Positions 8,390-17,758 of a stretch of DNA of 48,000 nt are shown piece by piece; within the stretch, counting starts at the first letter, position 1; every line of letters starts with the position of its first letter. The stretch comes from Cyanobacteria bacterium J06554_1. Lineage in GTDB: Bacteria; Cyanobacteriota; Cyanobacteriia; Phormidesmidales; Phormidesmidaceae. The notes below the pieces were generated by a model, which was not told where the DNA came from, made no database searches, and saw nothing but the letters and a program-made list of their open reading frames with translations. The DNA lies in assembly GCA_038534515.1 (NCBI GenBank), contig JBCAWO010000033.1:8613-56612 (forward strand). Direction: 5' to 3'. A program made the position numbers and the translations under genes.

Positions 8390-10639
8390 ATGATGACGAC
8401 GGCTACTCTGACGCTAACGGGCATGAGCTGTGCGGCCTGTGCCAACACGGTTGAAACTGCGATTCGGCAGGTGCCGGGGGTAACTGAGGCCCAGGTTAAC
8501 TTTGCTACCGAGCAGGCCAGGGTTGACTATGATGCCGGCAGCATTAGCCTAGACGCTATCCAAGCCGCTGTGGTCAATGCGGGCTACGGGGCAGCGGTGG
8601 TTGAGGAGTTGGGGCCCAGGATAGAAGACGTCCGAGCTAAACGGCGCAGACAGCAACGGGCGCTGCTGTCTCGGGTGGTGGTGAGTGGTGTTGTCGGCAT
8701 TTTACTGGTGGTGGGAATGTTGCCGGCGATGCTGGGTATCCATATTCCTGGTTGGCCTATGGTGTTACACAATGCCTGGCTACAGCTATTGCTGGCAACG
8801 CCGGTGCTGGTGTGGTGCGGCCAGTCCTTTTTTGTGGGGGCCTGGAGTGCCTTTACCCACCGGTCTGCCAATATGAACACGCTGGTGGCGCTGGGTACGG
8901 GAGCCGCCTATACCTACTCGATTTTTGTCACGTTTTTTCCCCATGTTTTGATGGCCCAGGGGTTGTCCCCTGATGTGTATTACGAAGCGGCTGTGGTGAT
9001 TATTGCCCTGTTGCTGTTGGGGCGCTATTTGGAAAATCGGGCTAGGGGACAAACGTCGGATGCGATTCGTCAGCTAATGGGACTGCAGCCCAACACGGCC
9101 CGGGTGATCCGCCAGGGGAATGAGATTGATCTTGCCATTGAGGCGGTGGTGGTGGGCGACATTGTGGCGGTGCGCCCTGGAGAGAAAATCCCGGTGGATG
9201 GCGAAGTGGTGGCGGGAACGTCCACGGTGGATGAGTCCATGGTGACGGGGGAGTCGATGCCAGTTCAAAAACGGCATGGCGACGCTGTAATTGGGGCAAC
9301 CATTAATAAAACCGGCAGCTTTCGCTTCCGCGCCGGGCGGGTGGGTAAGGATACGGTGCTGGCTCAGATTGTGCAGCTGGTGCAGGCGGCCCAGGGGTCA
9401 AAAGCACCGATTCAAAAGCTGGCGGACCAGGTGACAGGCCTATTTGTGCCGGTAGTAATTGCGATCGCAATTACTACCTTCCTGCTATGGTTCAACCTGA
9501 CGGGCAATATCACCCTGGCCTTGCTGACCACCGTGGGGGTATTAATTATCGCCTGCCCCTGCGCCCTGGGCTTAGCCACCCCCACTTCTATTATGGTGGG
9601 CACAGGCAAAGGGGCCGAAAACGGTATTTTGATCAAAGATGCCGAGAGTTTAGAACTGGCCCACCGCCTACAGACCGTGGTGGTGGATAAAACCGGTACC
9701 CTGACCCAGGGCAACCCCACGGTGACAGACTATCTGACGGTAGAGGCGGGCGATGAGCACGGGTTGCTACAGCTGGCGGCTGCGGTGGAAAATAACTCAG
9801 AGCATCCTTTAGCTACGGCAGTGGTGGCCTATGCCAGGGCCCAGGGGGTAAGTGCTTTCCCTGAGGTGCAAAACTTTGAGGCCGTCGTGGGCAGCGGTGT
9901 GCGGGGGACTGTTAACGGTCGGTGGGTACACATAGGTACCGAGGGCTGGATGCGGACCCTGGGGGTTGACACGGCATGTCTACAGTCTCAGCAGCAGGCG
10001 TGGGAAGCGGCGGCTAAAACCACGGTTTGGATGGCGGTGGATGGTCAGGTGGCCGGTCTGTTGGGGATTGCCGATGCCCTCAAGCCATCATCGGCCAGGG
10101 CAGTTCAGTGTCTGCAACGGATGGGTCTGGAAGTGGTTATGCTAACGGGGGATAACCGACAAACAGCGGCAGCCATTGCTGAGGCGGTGGGGATTGGGCG
10201 ATTTATTGCGAATGTGCGCCCCGACGAGAAAGTGGCCCATGTGCAACGGCTACAGGCGGAGGGTAAACGGGTGGCGATGGTGGGGGATGGGATTAACGAT
10301 GCCCCAGCGCTGGCCCAGGCTGATGTGGGCATGGCGATTGGCACCGGGACGGATGTTGCGATCGCAGCCAGCGACATCACCCTAATTTCAGGGGACCTGG
10401 GGAGTATTGTTACGGCCATTCGGCTGAGTAGGGCGACCATGGCTAACATTCGTCAAAATCTGTTTTTTGCGTTTATTTATAACGTGGTGGGTATTCCCGT
10501 TGCGGCAGGCATTCTTTATCCCCTGTTTGGCTGGTTGTTAAATCCGATGATTGCTGGGGCGGCGATGGCGTTTAGTTCGGTGTCTGTGGTGACTAATGCC
10601 CTGCGGCTGAGAAACTTTAAATCTCAAGGTGTTTGGTAA
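8390..10639 (+). CDS. copper-translocating P1B-type ATPase
   Basis: It has an N-terminal HMA domain (GMSCAAC), the CPC motif ([13 protein letters not shown]), DKTGTLT, SEHPLA and [10 protein letters not shown]. An AGGAGG Shine-Dalgarno sequence lies upstream of the ATG. Confidence 0.95.
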   Translation: MMTTATLTLTGMSCAACANTVETAIRQVPGVTEAQVNFATEQARVDYDAGSISLDAIQAAVVNAGYGAAVVEELGPRIEDVRAKRRRQQRALLSRVVVSGVVGILLVVGMLPAMLGIHIPGWPMVLHNAWLQLLLATPVLVWCGQSFFVGAWSAFTHRSANMNTLVALGTGAAYTYSIFVTFFPHVLMAQGLSPDVYYEAAVVIIALLLLGRYLENRARGQTSDAIRQLMGLQPNTARVIRQGNEIDLAIEAVVVGDIVAVRPGEKIPVDGEVVAGTSTVDESMVTGESMPVQKRHGDAVIGATINKTGSFRFRAGRVGKDTVLAQIVQLVQAAQGSKAPIQKLADQVTGLFVPVVIAIAITTFLLWFNLTGNITLALLTTVGVLIIACPCALGLATPTSIMVGTGKGAENGILIKDAESLELAHRLQTVVVDKTGTLTQGNPTVTDYLTVEAGDEHGLLQLAAAVENNSEHPLATAVVAYARAQGVSAFPEVQNFEAVVGSGVRGTVNGRWVHIGTEGWMRTLGVDTACLQSQQQAWEAAAKTTVWMAVDGQVAGLLGIADALKPSSARAVQCLQRMGLEVVMLTGDNRQTAAAIAEAVGIGRFIANVRPDEKVAHVQRLQAEGKRVAMVGDGINDAPALAQADVGMAIGTGTDVAIAASDITLISGDLGSIVTAIRLSRATMANIRQNLFFAFIYNVVGIPVAAGILYPLFGWLLNPMIAGAAMAFSSVSVVTNALRLRNFKSQGVW

Positions 10640-10833
10640 TGAGACTACGAGCTTGTTTGTTGGGTGGTTTGTTTGGCTTGGGTTTGGTGGCAGCTATGGT
10701 ACCGATGGCGGTGGCTCAGGTGGATGGGGGTCAGGCTATTGACCAGCCGTTTGAGGTGAGACTGGGGGTGACGTTGGTGGGGTTGGGGTTGATTGGGTTG
10801 GAGCTTTGGTGGTTTCTTTGGAAGGGAAGATGA
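10639..10833 (+). CDS. small signal-peptide/transmembrane protein translationally coupled to the ATPase
   Basis: Its ATG overlaps the ATPase stop as TAATG. The 64-aa product has a hydrophobic leader (LLGGLFGLGLVAAMVPMAVA) and a C-terminal TM segment (LVGLGLIGLELWWFLW). I recognise no homology. Confidence 0.35.
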   Translation: MRLRACLLGGLFGLGLVAAMVPMAVAQVDGGQAIDQPFEVRLGVTLVGLGLIGLELWWFLWKGR

Positions 10834-10910
10834 GTGGGTTTTTATTGTTTTGATATTGAGTGTTATTGAATGGGAGGTGGCTTGAAGGGTTGGTGGGGTG
10901 TTTAAAAAGG

Positions 10911-11319
10911 GTTGCTTGGGATCCCTTCGAGTTCCCCAAACCCCCTGACTAGGGCCGGAATGCCGCCCTAGGACCCAACATACTAAGGTGTTTCCCTAGT
11001 TGCATTAAGCTGGGGTTGCGGCGGGGTCGATTATGTAGGTTTTGGGTGTTGTTTTGAGAGACTTTAGGGTATGGAGAATCTGTTCGACTAAGGGTTTGTT
11101 AAAACACTAAGCTCGTGGTTTAACTATGGCTGTTTTGTCTCAAAAGAAATGGGACAACCTCTCCTTTTATAATTTTGTCGCAGCGCGAAAAATTATAAAC
11201 CGCTTTGCCAACCCTCCAAATACGCTGTTAAGGATACCATTGATATTTTTCCGAGGTTCTAGGGCGGCGGTCCGCCCTAGCCATGGGGGTTTGGGGAACT
11301 CGGAGGGACCCCAAGCAAC
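10911..11319. repeat. pair of ~65-bp inverted repeats flanking ~280 bp (MITE-like)
   Basis: The left arm (10911-10976) matches the reverse complement of the right arm (11255-11319) at most positions by eye. Each arm carries its own ctagggc...gccctag hairpin. Confidence 0.5.
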
Positions 11320-11397
11320 GGTTTTCGCCAACAGCCAATCCCTAAAAGTATATCAATATATTAGTCACTCACGAATCCATAACAATAAAGCTGAAGC

Positions 11398-14181
11398 CTA
11401 AATGTCCGATGCATCAACCTGAGACTGGTCTACCATAATAAAGAAAATTGTCTCCAAGCCATTATCGAAGCGCAGGGTATTGACCAAATTATGCTCAATA
11501 GAAATGGCGGAGTCGACAATGATCATATCGGGCTGGAGAGCAAGAGCCTTTTCAATACCGTCTTTCCCTGTGGTGGATTGGGTAACCGTATAGCCTGTTG
11601 AAAGAAGAACGTCTGTTAACGTCTGGGTAGTGGCGGCGTCGATGTCCACGACGAGAACTTTGCGGTTGGAGGTTCCCTGGTCTAGCAAGGTTCTAATGTC
11701 ATGGAGTAACACATCGGTATCGATGGGCTTACTCAAGTAGCGATCAACGCCGAGGCGATATCCCCGCTCCTGGTCTTGGATGATGGAGAGCACAATGGTG
11801 GGAATGCCCATGGTGGCGGGGTTATTTTTTAGGACAGCTGCCAGGTCAAAGCCGTCGATGTTGGGCATCATCACATCGAGAATGATTAGATCGGGTAGGG
11901 CGGCTTTGATTTGGTTAAGGGCGTCCATGCCATCTGTGGCTACGTCCACTTGGTAGCCGACGGCTTCTAGCTCCTGGCGTAAAAGCTGACGAATGTGGGG
12001 CTCATCGTCGACGACTAAAATTGTTTTTTGGGTTTTATTTTCTGGGGTGACAGCTCGGCCAACATTTTCTTTAAGTCGTGTGACAAGTGTTTGCCAGTTG
12101 GTGGAAACGATCTCGGTAGCTTGGGCAACTTCTCCTGCCGGTAGAGTAAAGGAAAATGTGCTGCCCTGGTCTAGCTCGCTTTCGACCCATATGCGTCCCC
12201 TGTGGTGTTCGATAATTTGTTTACAGATAGGTAGCCCCAGACCGGTGCCCTGGGGTTTGTCGGTCATGACTTCGCCCACTTGGGTAAATTTATCAAATAC
12301 TTTGTCGAGATCGTTGGGTGAAAGACCAATGCCGGTATCGATGACGCTGATGACAATGTTAGTCCCCTGGTGCTGGGCACGGCAGGTGATAGAGCCGCTA
12401 GGGGTAAATTTGATGGCGTTGGAGATGAGGTTGATGACGACCTGGATCAGGCGGTTGCGATCGCACCTCACCTGGGGCAAATTGGGTTCAATTTCGCAGA
12501 TAATGGGCAATCTTCGGTTTTGTGCCAGCACAGAGGTAGCTGAGATTGCATGGTCAATAATCTCTGAAATAAACGTTGGCTGCATATTCCATTCGATTTT
12601 GCCCGCTTCAATTTTAGAAATATCTAGCACGTCATTGATTAACGATGTGAGTCGCTCCCCTTCAGACACAATGATGTCTAAGTTCTCACGCACCTGACGT
12701 ACTGCTCGACTTGTCTTTTTGTTGTTGGTGTCTACGCCGGGTAAAATAGTGTCTTCTAGCTTCTTTTGAATCAGTTTGGCAAATCCAAGCACTGAAGTTA
12801 GGGGGGTGCGCAGCTCATGGGATACCGTGGACAGAAAATCGGTCTTCATCTGGTCGATCTCTTTCTCAGTGGTGATGTCGCGGATCAGCACTACAGACCC
12901 CTTTGACTGAAGCGGTTCTAATTTAGACACTGTCCCTGTATCTGGGATGATTGCCGTTATTAGAGCCTGGCCTATACGCTTTTCCAGCAGCTCCACCTCA
13001 GTGCTGAGATTCACCTCGGGAGCGGTTTGGTTTTGGGTAATTAGCTCCGTAATGGACCGCTCAAAAATTGTTTGCATGGACTGTCCCTTTAGGGGAGACC
13101 CATTGAGCTGAAACATTTTTCTCAAGGCCGGGTTAGAGCGGATAACATACCCCTGACAGTCGATTACGAGGAGCCCATCGGCCAGATTGTCAATAATGGC
13201 ATTGAGTTCCTGGGCCTGGTTTTCTAAATCTTGTTGGGTCATGCTCAGGGCATGGGTATAGTTCCCCACCCACCTGATCAGCTGATTTAATGACTTAGCC
13301 AAACTACCGATTTCATCCTCGTTGATGATGGCGGCTTGTAGGTTAAAATTCTCCTCCTGGGTGACCTGTAGGGCGGTTTCTTCTAAAGCCCGCAGCGGTC
13401 GACTGATGGTAAGGCTGATAATATAGGCCAGCAGGCTAGCCAGCAGCAGCGATAAAATAACGCTGACGGTAACCACCTGGGTCTGTAGCTGCTGAGATGT
13501 CCTATTGATTTCCCTGGACTCGGCTATTTCATCTATCTCAATAAAGTTCGAAAGTTCAGCCAGCTTTGTTTCAAATTCTTCTAGTTTAAGGGAGGCGGGA
13601 CGACGATTTAACTCAATAAATTTCTGACGAGCTGCTAGTAGTTCCGTCACCGGGAGTTCTTCAATGTTTAACTCTTTTACAAATTGTTCAACATCCCGTA
13701 AGTTGTCTTCGATGACGGTGTCATAGTTGTCGACGAGTTCGTTAAACAGTGCAAGTTCTGTTTCTGTTTCTTCAACGCCCTCTTCAATATCCTCATCATA
13801 CTGTCTGATCAGTTCGGCCCAATCTTCTTGGAAATCTCGACCGCTAGCTCGATAGAGATCGTAGCTAATAAAAAACTGTTCTGGATCTTCAAACCAGTTG
13901 ATCAGCTGGCGTTCGTAGGCGATAAACCGATTGATGGATTTCTCTAGATTGCTAAGGCTAAGGATTTCTTCAACCGCATCTTCATTGCCTTCATAGGCCT
14001 CACGTTCATAGCGCTGGGCGATCGTAATCCCGGTGGCCACTCCTGCAACCACAACACCGACGACCAGGGCGTACCCAAGGCCAATTTTTTGAACCACGTT
14101 GAGGCGACTTAGCCAGCCGTTTGACCTGAATAACCTGTTTTCTTGAGATGCATTAGAAGGGGACAAGGGTGGGATGCTCAT
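11398..14181 (-). CDS. hybrid sensor histidine kinase (TM, helical sensor, HAMP, PAS, HisKA, HATPase, REC, degenerate REC)
   Basis: The H-box is SHELRTPLTSVLGF, and the N/G boxes are NLISNAIKF and GTGLGLPICKQII. The first receiver is LVVDDEPHIR...ILDVMMP. The second receiver-like domain reads VLVVDIDAAT. Confidence 0.9.
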   Translation of the reverse strand: MSIPPLSPSNASQENRLFRSNGWLSRLNVVQKIGLGYALVVGVVVAGVATGITIAQRYEREAYEGNEDAVEEILSLSNLEKSINRFIAYERQLINWFEDPEQFFISYDLYRASGRDFQEDWAELIRQYDEDIEEGVEETETELALFNELVDNYDTVIEDNLRDVEQFVKELNIEELPVTELLAARQKFIELNRRPASLKLEEFETKLAELSNFIEIDEIAESREINRTSQQLQTQVVTVSVILSLLLASLLAYIISLTISRPLRALEETALQVTQEENFNLQAAIINEDEIGSLAKSLNQLIRWVGNYTHALSMTQQDLENQAQELNAIIDNLADGLLVIDCQGYVIRSNPALRKMFQLNGSPLKGQSMQTIFERSITELITQNQTAPEVNLSTEVELLEKRIGQALITAIIPDTGTVSKLEPLQSKGSVVLIRDITTEKEIDQMKTDFLSTVSHELRTPLTSVLGFAKLIQKKLEDTILPGVDTNNKKTSRAVRQVRENLDIIVSEGERLTSLINDVLDISKIEAGKIEWNMQPTFISEIIDHAISATSVLAQNRRLPIICEIEPNLPQVRCDRNRLIQVVINLISNAIKFTPSGSITCRAQHQGTNIVISVIDTGIGLSPNDLDKVFDKFTQVGEVMTDKPQGTGLGLPICKQIIEHHRGRIWVESELDQGSTFSFTLPAGEVAQATEIVSTNWQTLVTRLKENVGRAVTPENKTQKTILVVDDEPHIRQLLRQELEAVGYQVDVATDGMDALNQIKAALPDLIILDVMMPNIDGFDLAAVLKNNPATMGIPTIVLSIIQDQERGYRLGVDRYLSKPIDTDVLLHDIRTLLDQGTSNRKVLVVDIDAATTQTLTDVLLSTGYTVTQSTTGKDGIEKALALQPDMIIVDSAISIEHNLVNTLRFDNGLETIFFIMVDQSQVDASDI

Positions 14182-14194
14182 GACGACAGTCGAC

Positions 14195-14578
14195 CTATGG
14201 GTGAAGTGCTAAGACGGTTGTCGCCTTTTCCAACACATCATCTGGATCAAAGGGTTTGGTCATATATAGGTTGGCTCCAACATCGTGTCCCTGCTGTTGA
14301 TCAAAGGCCTGCCCCTTAGCCGTTAGCATAATAATGTAAGTATCTTGAATAGCCACATCTGCTTTGACGGCCTGACAAACCTCAAAGCCATTCATTTTAG
14401 GCATCATTACATCGAGAAATACCAAATCGGGCTTTTTTGTTTGGATCAGGTCTAATGCTTCTAAACCATTAGATGCGGTTAGCAACTCTACCCCCTCGTC
14501 TTCGAGCTCTTCTAGGGTCTGTTCCATGAGAATGCGGATATGTACTTCGTCATCAACAATCAGAATAGTTTTTGGCAT
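14195..14578 (-). CDS. single-domain CheY-like response regulator
   Basis: The 127-aa product has ILIVDDEVHIR, FLDVMMPKMNGFE and LTAKG. Confidence 0.9.
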   Translation of the reverse strand: MPKTILIVDDEVHIRILMEQTLEELEDEGVELLTASNGLEALDLIQTKKPDLVFLDVMMPKMNGFEVCQAVKADVAIQDTYIIMLTAKGQAFDQQQGHDVGANLYMTKPFDPDDVLEKATTVLALHP

Positions 14579-14653
14579 GGGCTGGTGTCTGGACTACAAA
14601 GGGGGATAGAAAAAGCGCAATAGTGACGTTAACACTGTTGGAAATAGCCTCGA

Positions 14654-17600
14654 CTAGAGCGGAGCCTCTGAGGGCGGCTCCACCATAATGATAAAAATAT
14701 TGTCTAACCCGTTTTCAAAGCGCAGGGTGTTGACCAGATCGTGCTCCATGGAAATGGCTGAGTCGACAATAATCATATCGGGTTTGAGGGCCAGGGCTTT
14801 TTCAATACCGTCTTTTCCTGTGGTGGATTCGGTCACGGCGTATCCTTTTGACAGTAAAATCTCTGTTAATGTTTTAGTGGTGGTGTTATCAATGTCGACC
14901 ACCAACACGTTTCGTTTAGATGTACCCTCGTCTAGCAGGGTCTTAATGTCGTTGAGTAAAATCTCCGTGTTGATGGGCTTACTGAGGTAGCGATCAACGC
15001 CGAGGCGATACCCCCGCTCCTGGTCTTGAATGATGGAAAGCACAATGGTGGGGATACCCATGGTGGCGGGATTATTTTTTAACACGGCGGCCAGATCAAA
15101 GCCGTTAATGTTGGGCATCATCAAATCTAGAATGATCAGATCTGGCAAGGATAGCTTGATCTGGTTGAGGGCCTCCATGCCGTCTGCGGCCACCTGCACC
15201 CGGTAGCCAACGGCTTCTAATTCCTGGCGCAGCAGCTGGCGAATGTGGGGTTCATCGTCCACCACTAAAATTGTTTTCTGAGCGTTATCCGCCGGGGGGA
15301 CCGTTTGTTCTACGTTTTCCTTGAGCTGCTGCACCAGGGTTTGCAGGTCTTTGCTCACCTCGATCTCGGGTAAGGTTCTCAAAGGCAGGGTAAAGGTAAA
15401 GCAGCTACCCTGGCCGATGTTGCTTTCAGCCCAGATCCGTCCTCCGTGGTGTTCGATAATCTGTTTGCAAATGGGTAGCCCCAAACCGGTGCCCCTGGGT
15501 TTGTCGGTCATTACCTTACCCACCTGTTTAAATTTCTCAAACACTTTTTCTAAATCGTCTTTGGAAAGACCAATACCGGTGTCGATTATGCTGATGGCGA
15601 GGTCCTTACGTTGACGGCGGACACGGTAGGTCACAGAACCGCTTTCGGTAAATTTGATGGCGTTGGATACCAGATTGATGACCACTTGGATGATCCGGTT
15701 GCGATCGCACATTACTTCCGAGTCTAGTGGTTCAAGATCGCGAATGATCTCTAAACCGCTATTTTGAGCCAGGACAGACGTCGCTGAGATCGCCCGATCA
15801 ATAATCTCTGAAATGGCGACTGGCTGGATGTTCCATTCAACTTTACCGGCCTCAATTTTAGAAATATCTAACACATCATTAATGAGCGAGGTGAGTCGTT
15901 CCCCCTCCGACACAATGATGCCCAGATTTTCACGCACCTGCCGTACAGCTCGCTCTGTTTTTTTCGTTTCAATATTTACAGCGGGTAGGACGGCGTCTTC
16001 CAGCTTTTTCTGGATTAGCTTTGCAAACCCCAGCACCGAGGTCAGAGGCGTTCTCAACTCATGGGAGACCGTGGAGATAAAGTCAGTTTTCATCTGATCG
16101 ACTTCTTTCTCAGCGGAAATATCGCGAATTAAAACAATTGAGCCAAAGCTCTCACCCACGTCATCGTGGCTGCTGGCAACCGCCGTAATTAACGCTTGCC
16201 CAATGCCGTCATTGGGCAGCTCCACATCCCTAATCAACAGCTGGTTAGGATTGGCCTGATTTTGGGAAATTAACCGGGACAGGTCGGTATTAAAAACCTC
16301 ATGACAGGGTCGACCCACTAAGGTTTGACTGTGCAGGTTAAACATGTTGATTAAGATGGGGTTGCTGCGGATGATAATCCCAGCTGAATCGATCACCAAC
16401 AACCCATCCCCAAGGTTGTCAATGATGGCATTGAGCTGCTGGGTCCGTTCTTGAACCCGCTGTTCCAGGGTAATATGGCTATCTTCTAAGGCTTGGGTAT
16501 GTTCCCCTGTCCAGCTAATCAGCTGGTTTAGGGAACTGGCTAACAGTCCAATTTCATCCTGGTTTTTGACATGGGCCCTGAGGTCAAAGTTAGAGTACTG
16601 GGTCACCTGTTGCGCCACCTGGGTCAGGTGCTGAATCGGGCGAATGGCGCGGTTGGCAATGTAGGCGGCAATTGCACCAATGACGACAACGGCAATACCG
16701 GTCCCCAGGGCTAAAATGCGCAGCAGATTATACTGGGGGGCAAAGGCAATGGCGATATCGGTGGCAATCAATGCGGCCCCGACGGGCTGACCCGGCAGAT
16801 CAGAGCTGAGGCTAACGTTGGCGTAGGCGACCAGCTGTTTTTTGTTATCTGCTTGGATGTTTTCAAAGACGTTAGCTCTGATCTGTTCTCCTCGAGCTAG
16901 CTCCATCAGACCTGGATAGTAGCTATCAATGGACTGGGTCAAATAGTCTTTTCGTGCCCCGGCAAAAATAATGCCGTCTGGATTAATCAGATGCCACACA
17001 CTTTTGTGGGTCTCAAAGATTTCAAATAGATCATCCATGTAGCTGCCGGGTACGCGAGCTCTGATGATATAGACGACTCTTCCCGTGGCCGTATCTTTGA
17101 CAGGGACTGCAAATTCCACCCGTAGTTTGCCTGAACTTGGTGAAAGACCAGGACCGTTCATGGTGGATTGTCCCGTTTCTAGCGCTGTTTGAAAATAGCT
17201 GCGATCGCCATAGTTACCAATAAACGGCTTGCCCGTGGTTGACTGGGCAACGGGGTTACCCCCTGGGTCAAACAGAATCACACTATCAAAATACTTGAGG
17301 GTACTGGCAAACCCTGTCAGCAGCAGCTGCTGTTGAGATGGTGACAGATTATCACGCAGCGTTTGCTCGCTCAAAAGCGGATTAATCGCTAGGGACTCCA
17401 CCTCCCGCAGGCGAGTGACCAAAAAGTTATCTAACTTCTCGCCAATGATGTCCGTACGCTGAACCTGTTCTTGAACAATCTGTCGGCCAATGGAGCGACT
17501 GGCAAAAAAGTAGGCTGTGCTGCCAATTAACAGAACTGGTAGGGTGCCCAGGGCAATGGCTAATGCCGTGACTTTATGCTGTAGCCGCTGTTGTTTCTCG

Positions 17601-17665
17601 GGGGGCACAACAGACGTTTCAACTGGCGGCCCCAGCGACTGGAATGACTTTAAACCATTATCCAT
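14654..17665 (-). CDS. hybrid sensor histidine kinase with a periplasmic dCache-like sensor (paralogue of 11398..14181)
   Basis: Two TM segments bracket a ~260-aa Cache-like region (YFQTALETGQSTMNGPGLSPSSGKLRVEFAVPVKD). HAMP, PAS, HisKA (SHELRTPLTSVLGF), HATPase, REC and degenerate REC domains follow. Confidence 0.9.
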   Translation of the reverse strand: MDNGLKSFQSLGPPVETSVVPPEKQQRLQHKVTALAIALGTLPVLLIGSTAYFFASRSIGRQIVQEQVQRTDIIGEKLDNFLVTRLREVESLAINPLLSEQTLRDNLSPSQQQLLLTGFASTLKYFDSVILFDPGGNPVAQSTTGKPFIGNYGDRSYFQTALETGQSTMNGPGLSPSSGKLRVEFAVPVKDTATGRVVYIIRARVPGSYMDDLFEIFETHKSVWHLINPDGIIFAGARKDYLTQSIDSYYPGLMELARGEQIRANVFENIQADNKKQLVAYANVSLSSDLPGQPVGAALIATDIAIAFAPQYNLLRILALGTGIAVVVIGAIAAYIANRAIRPIQHLTQVAQQVTQYSNFDLRAHVKNQDEIGLLASSLNQLISWTGEHTQALEDSHITLEQRVQERTQQLNAIIDNLGDGLLVIDSAGIIIRSNPILINMFNLHSQTLVGRPCHEVFNTDLSRLISQNQANPNQLLIRDVELPNDGIGQALITAVASSHDDVGESFGSIVLIRDISAEKEVDQMKTDFISTVSHELRTPLTSVLGFAKLIQKKLEDAVLPAVNIETKKTERAVRQVRENLGIIVSEGERLTSLINDVLDISKIEAGKVEWNIQPVAISEIIDRAISATSVLAQNSGLEIIRDLEPLDSEVMCDRNRIIQVVINLVSNAIKFTESGSVTYRVRRQRKDLAISIIDTGIGLSKDDLEKVFEKFKQVGKVMTDKPRGTGLGLPICKQIIEHHGGRIWAESNIGQGSCFTFTLPLRTLPEIEVSKDLQTLVQQLKENVEQTVPPADNAQKTILVVDDEPHIRQLLRQELEAVGYRVQVAADGMEALNQIKLSLPDLIILDLMMPNINGFDLAAVLKNNPATMGIPTIVLSIIQDQERGYRLGVDRYLSKPINTEILLNDIKTLLDEGTSKRNVLVVDIDNTTTKTLTEILLSKGYAVTESTTGKDGIEKALALKPDMIIVDSAISMEHDLVNTLRFENGLDNIFIIMVEPPSEAPL

Positions 17666-17758
17666 AGCTATTATCTGAGATTATCTGAGAAAATGTTGCG
17701 GATGCCTAACGTTGATTGACCATTAGCTAAACGCCACCGTTCTTCTTTCAATGTTGAA

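Noticed and set aside
10736-11401. ORFs 10736..10939 (-) and 11126..11401 (+), considered as small proteins.
   Set aside because: Their similar peptide segments (GNSKGSQATLF and GNSEGPQATVF) are simply the two arms of the inverted repeat translated on opposite strands. There is no start context or other coding signal.
11993-12697. A 234-aa plus-strand ORF inside the hybrid kinase gene. Many similar 60-110-aa ORFs lie antisense to or out of frame within the ATPase, kinase and NRPS genes, for example 8584..8880, 9042..9299, 15321..15614, 26844..27167 and 31984..32457.
   Set aside because: These are shadow ORFs of long, GC-biased genes whose opposite-strand products have unmistakable domain motifs. 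Their translations are low-complexity (rich in Arg, Pro, Ser and Trp) and show no motifs.
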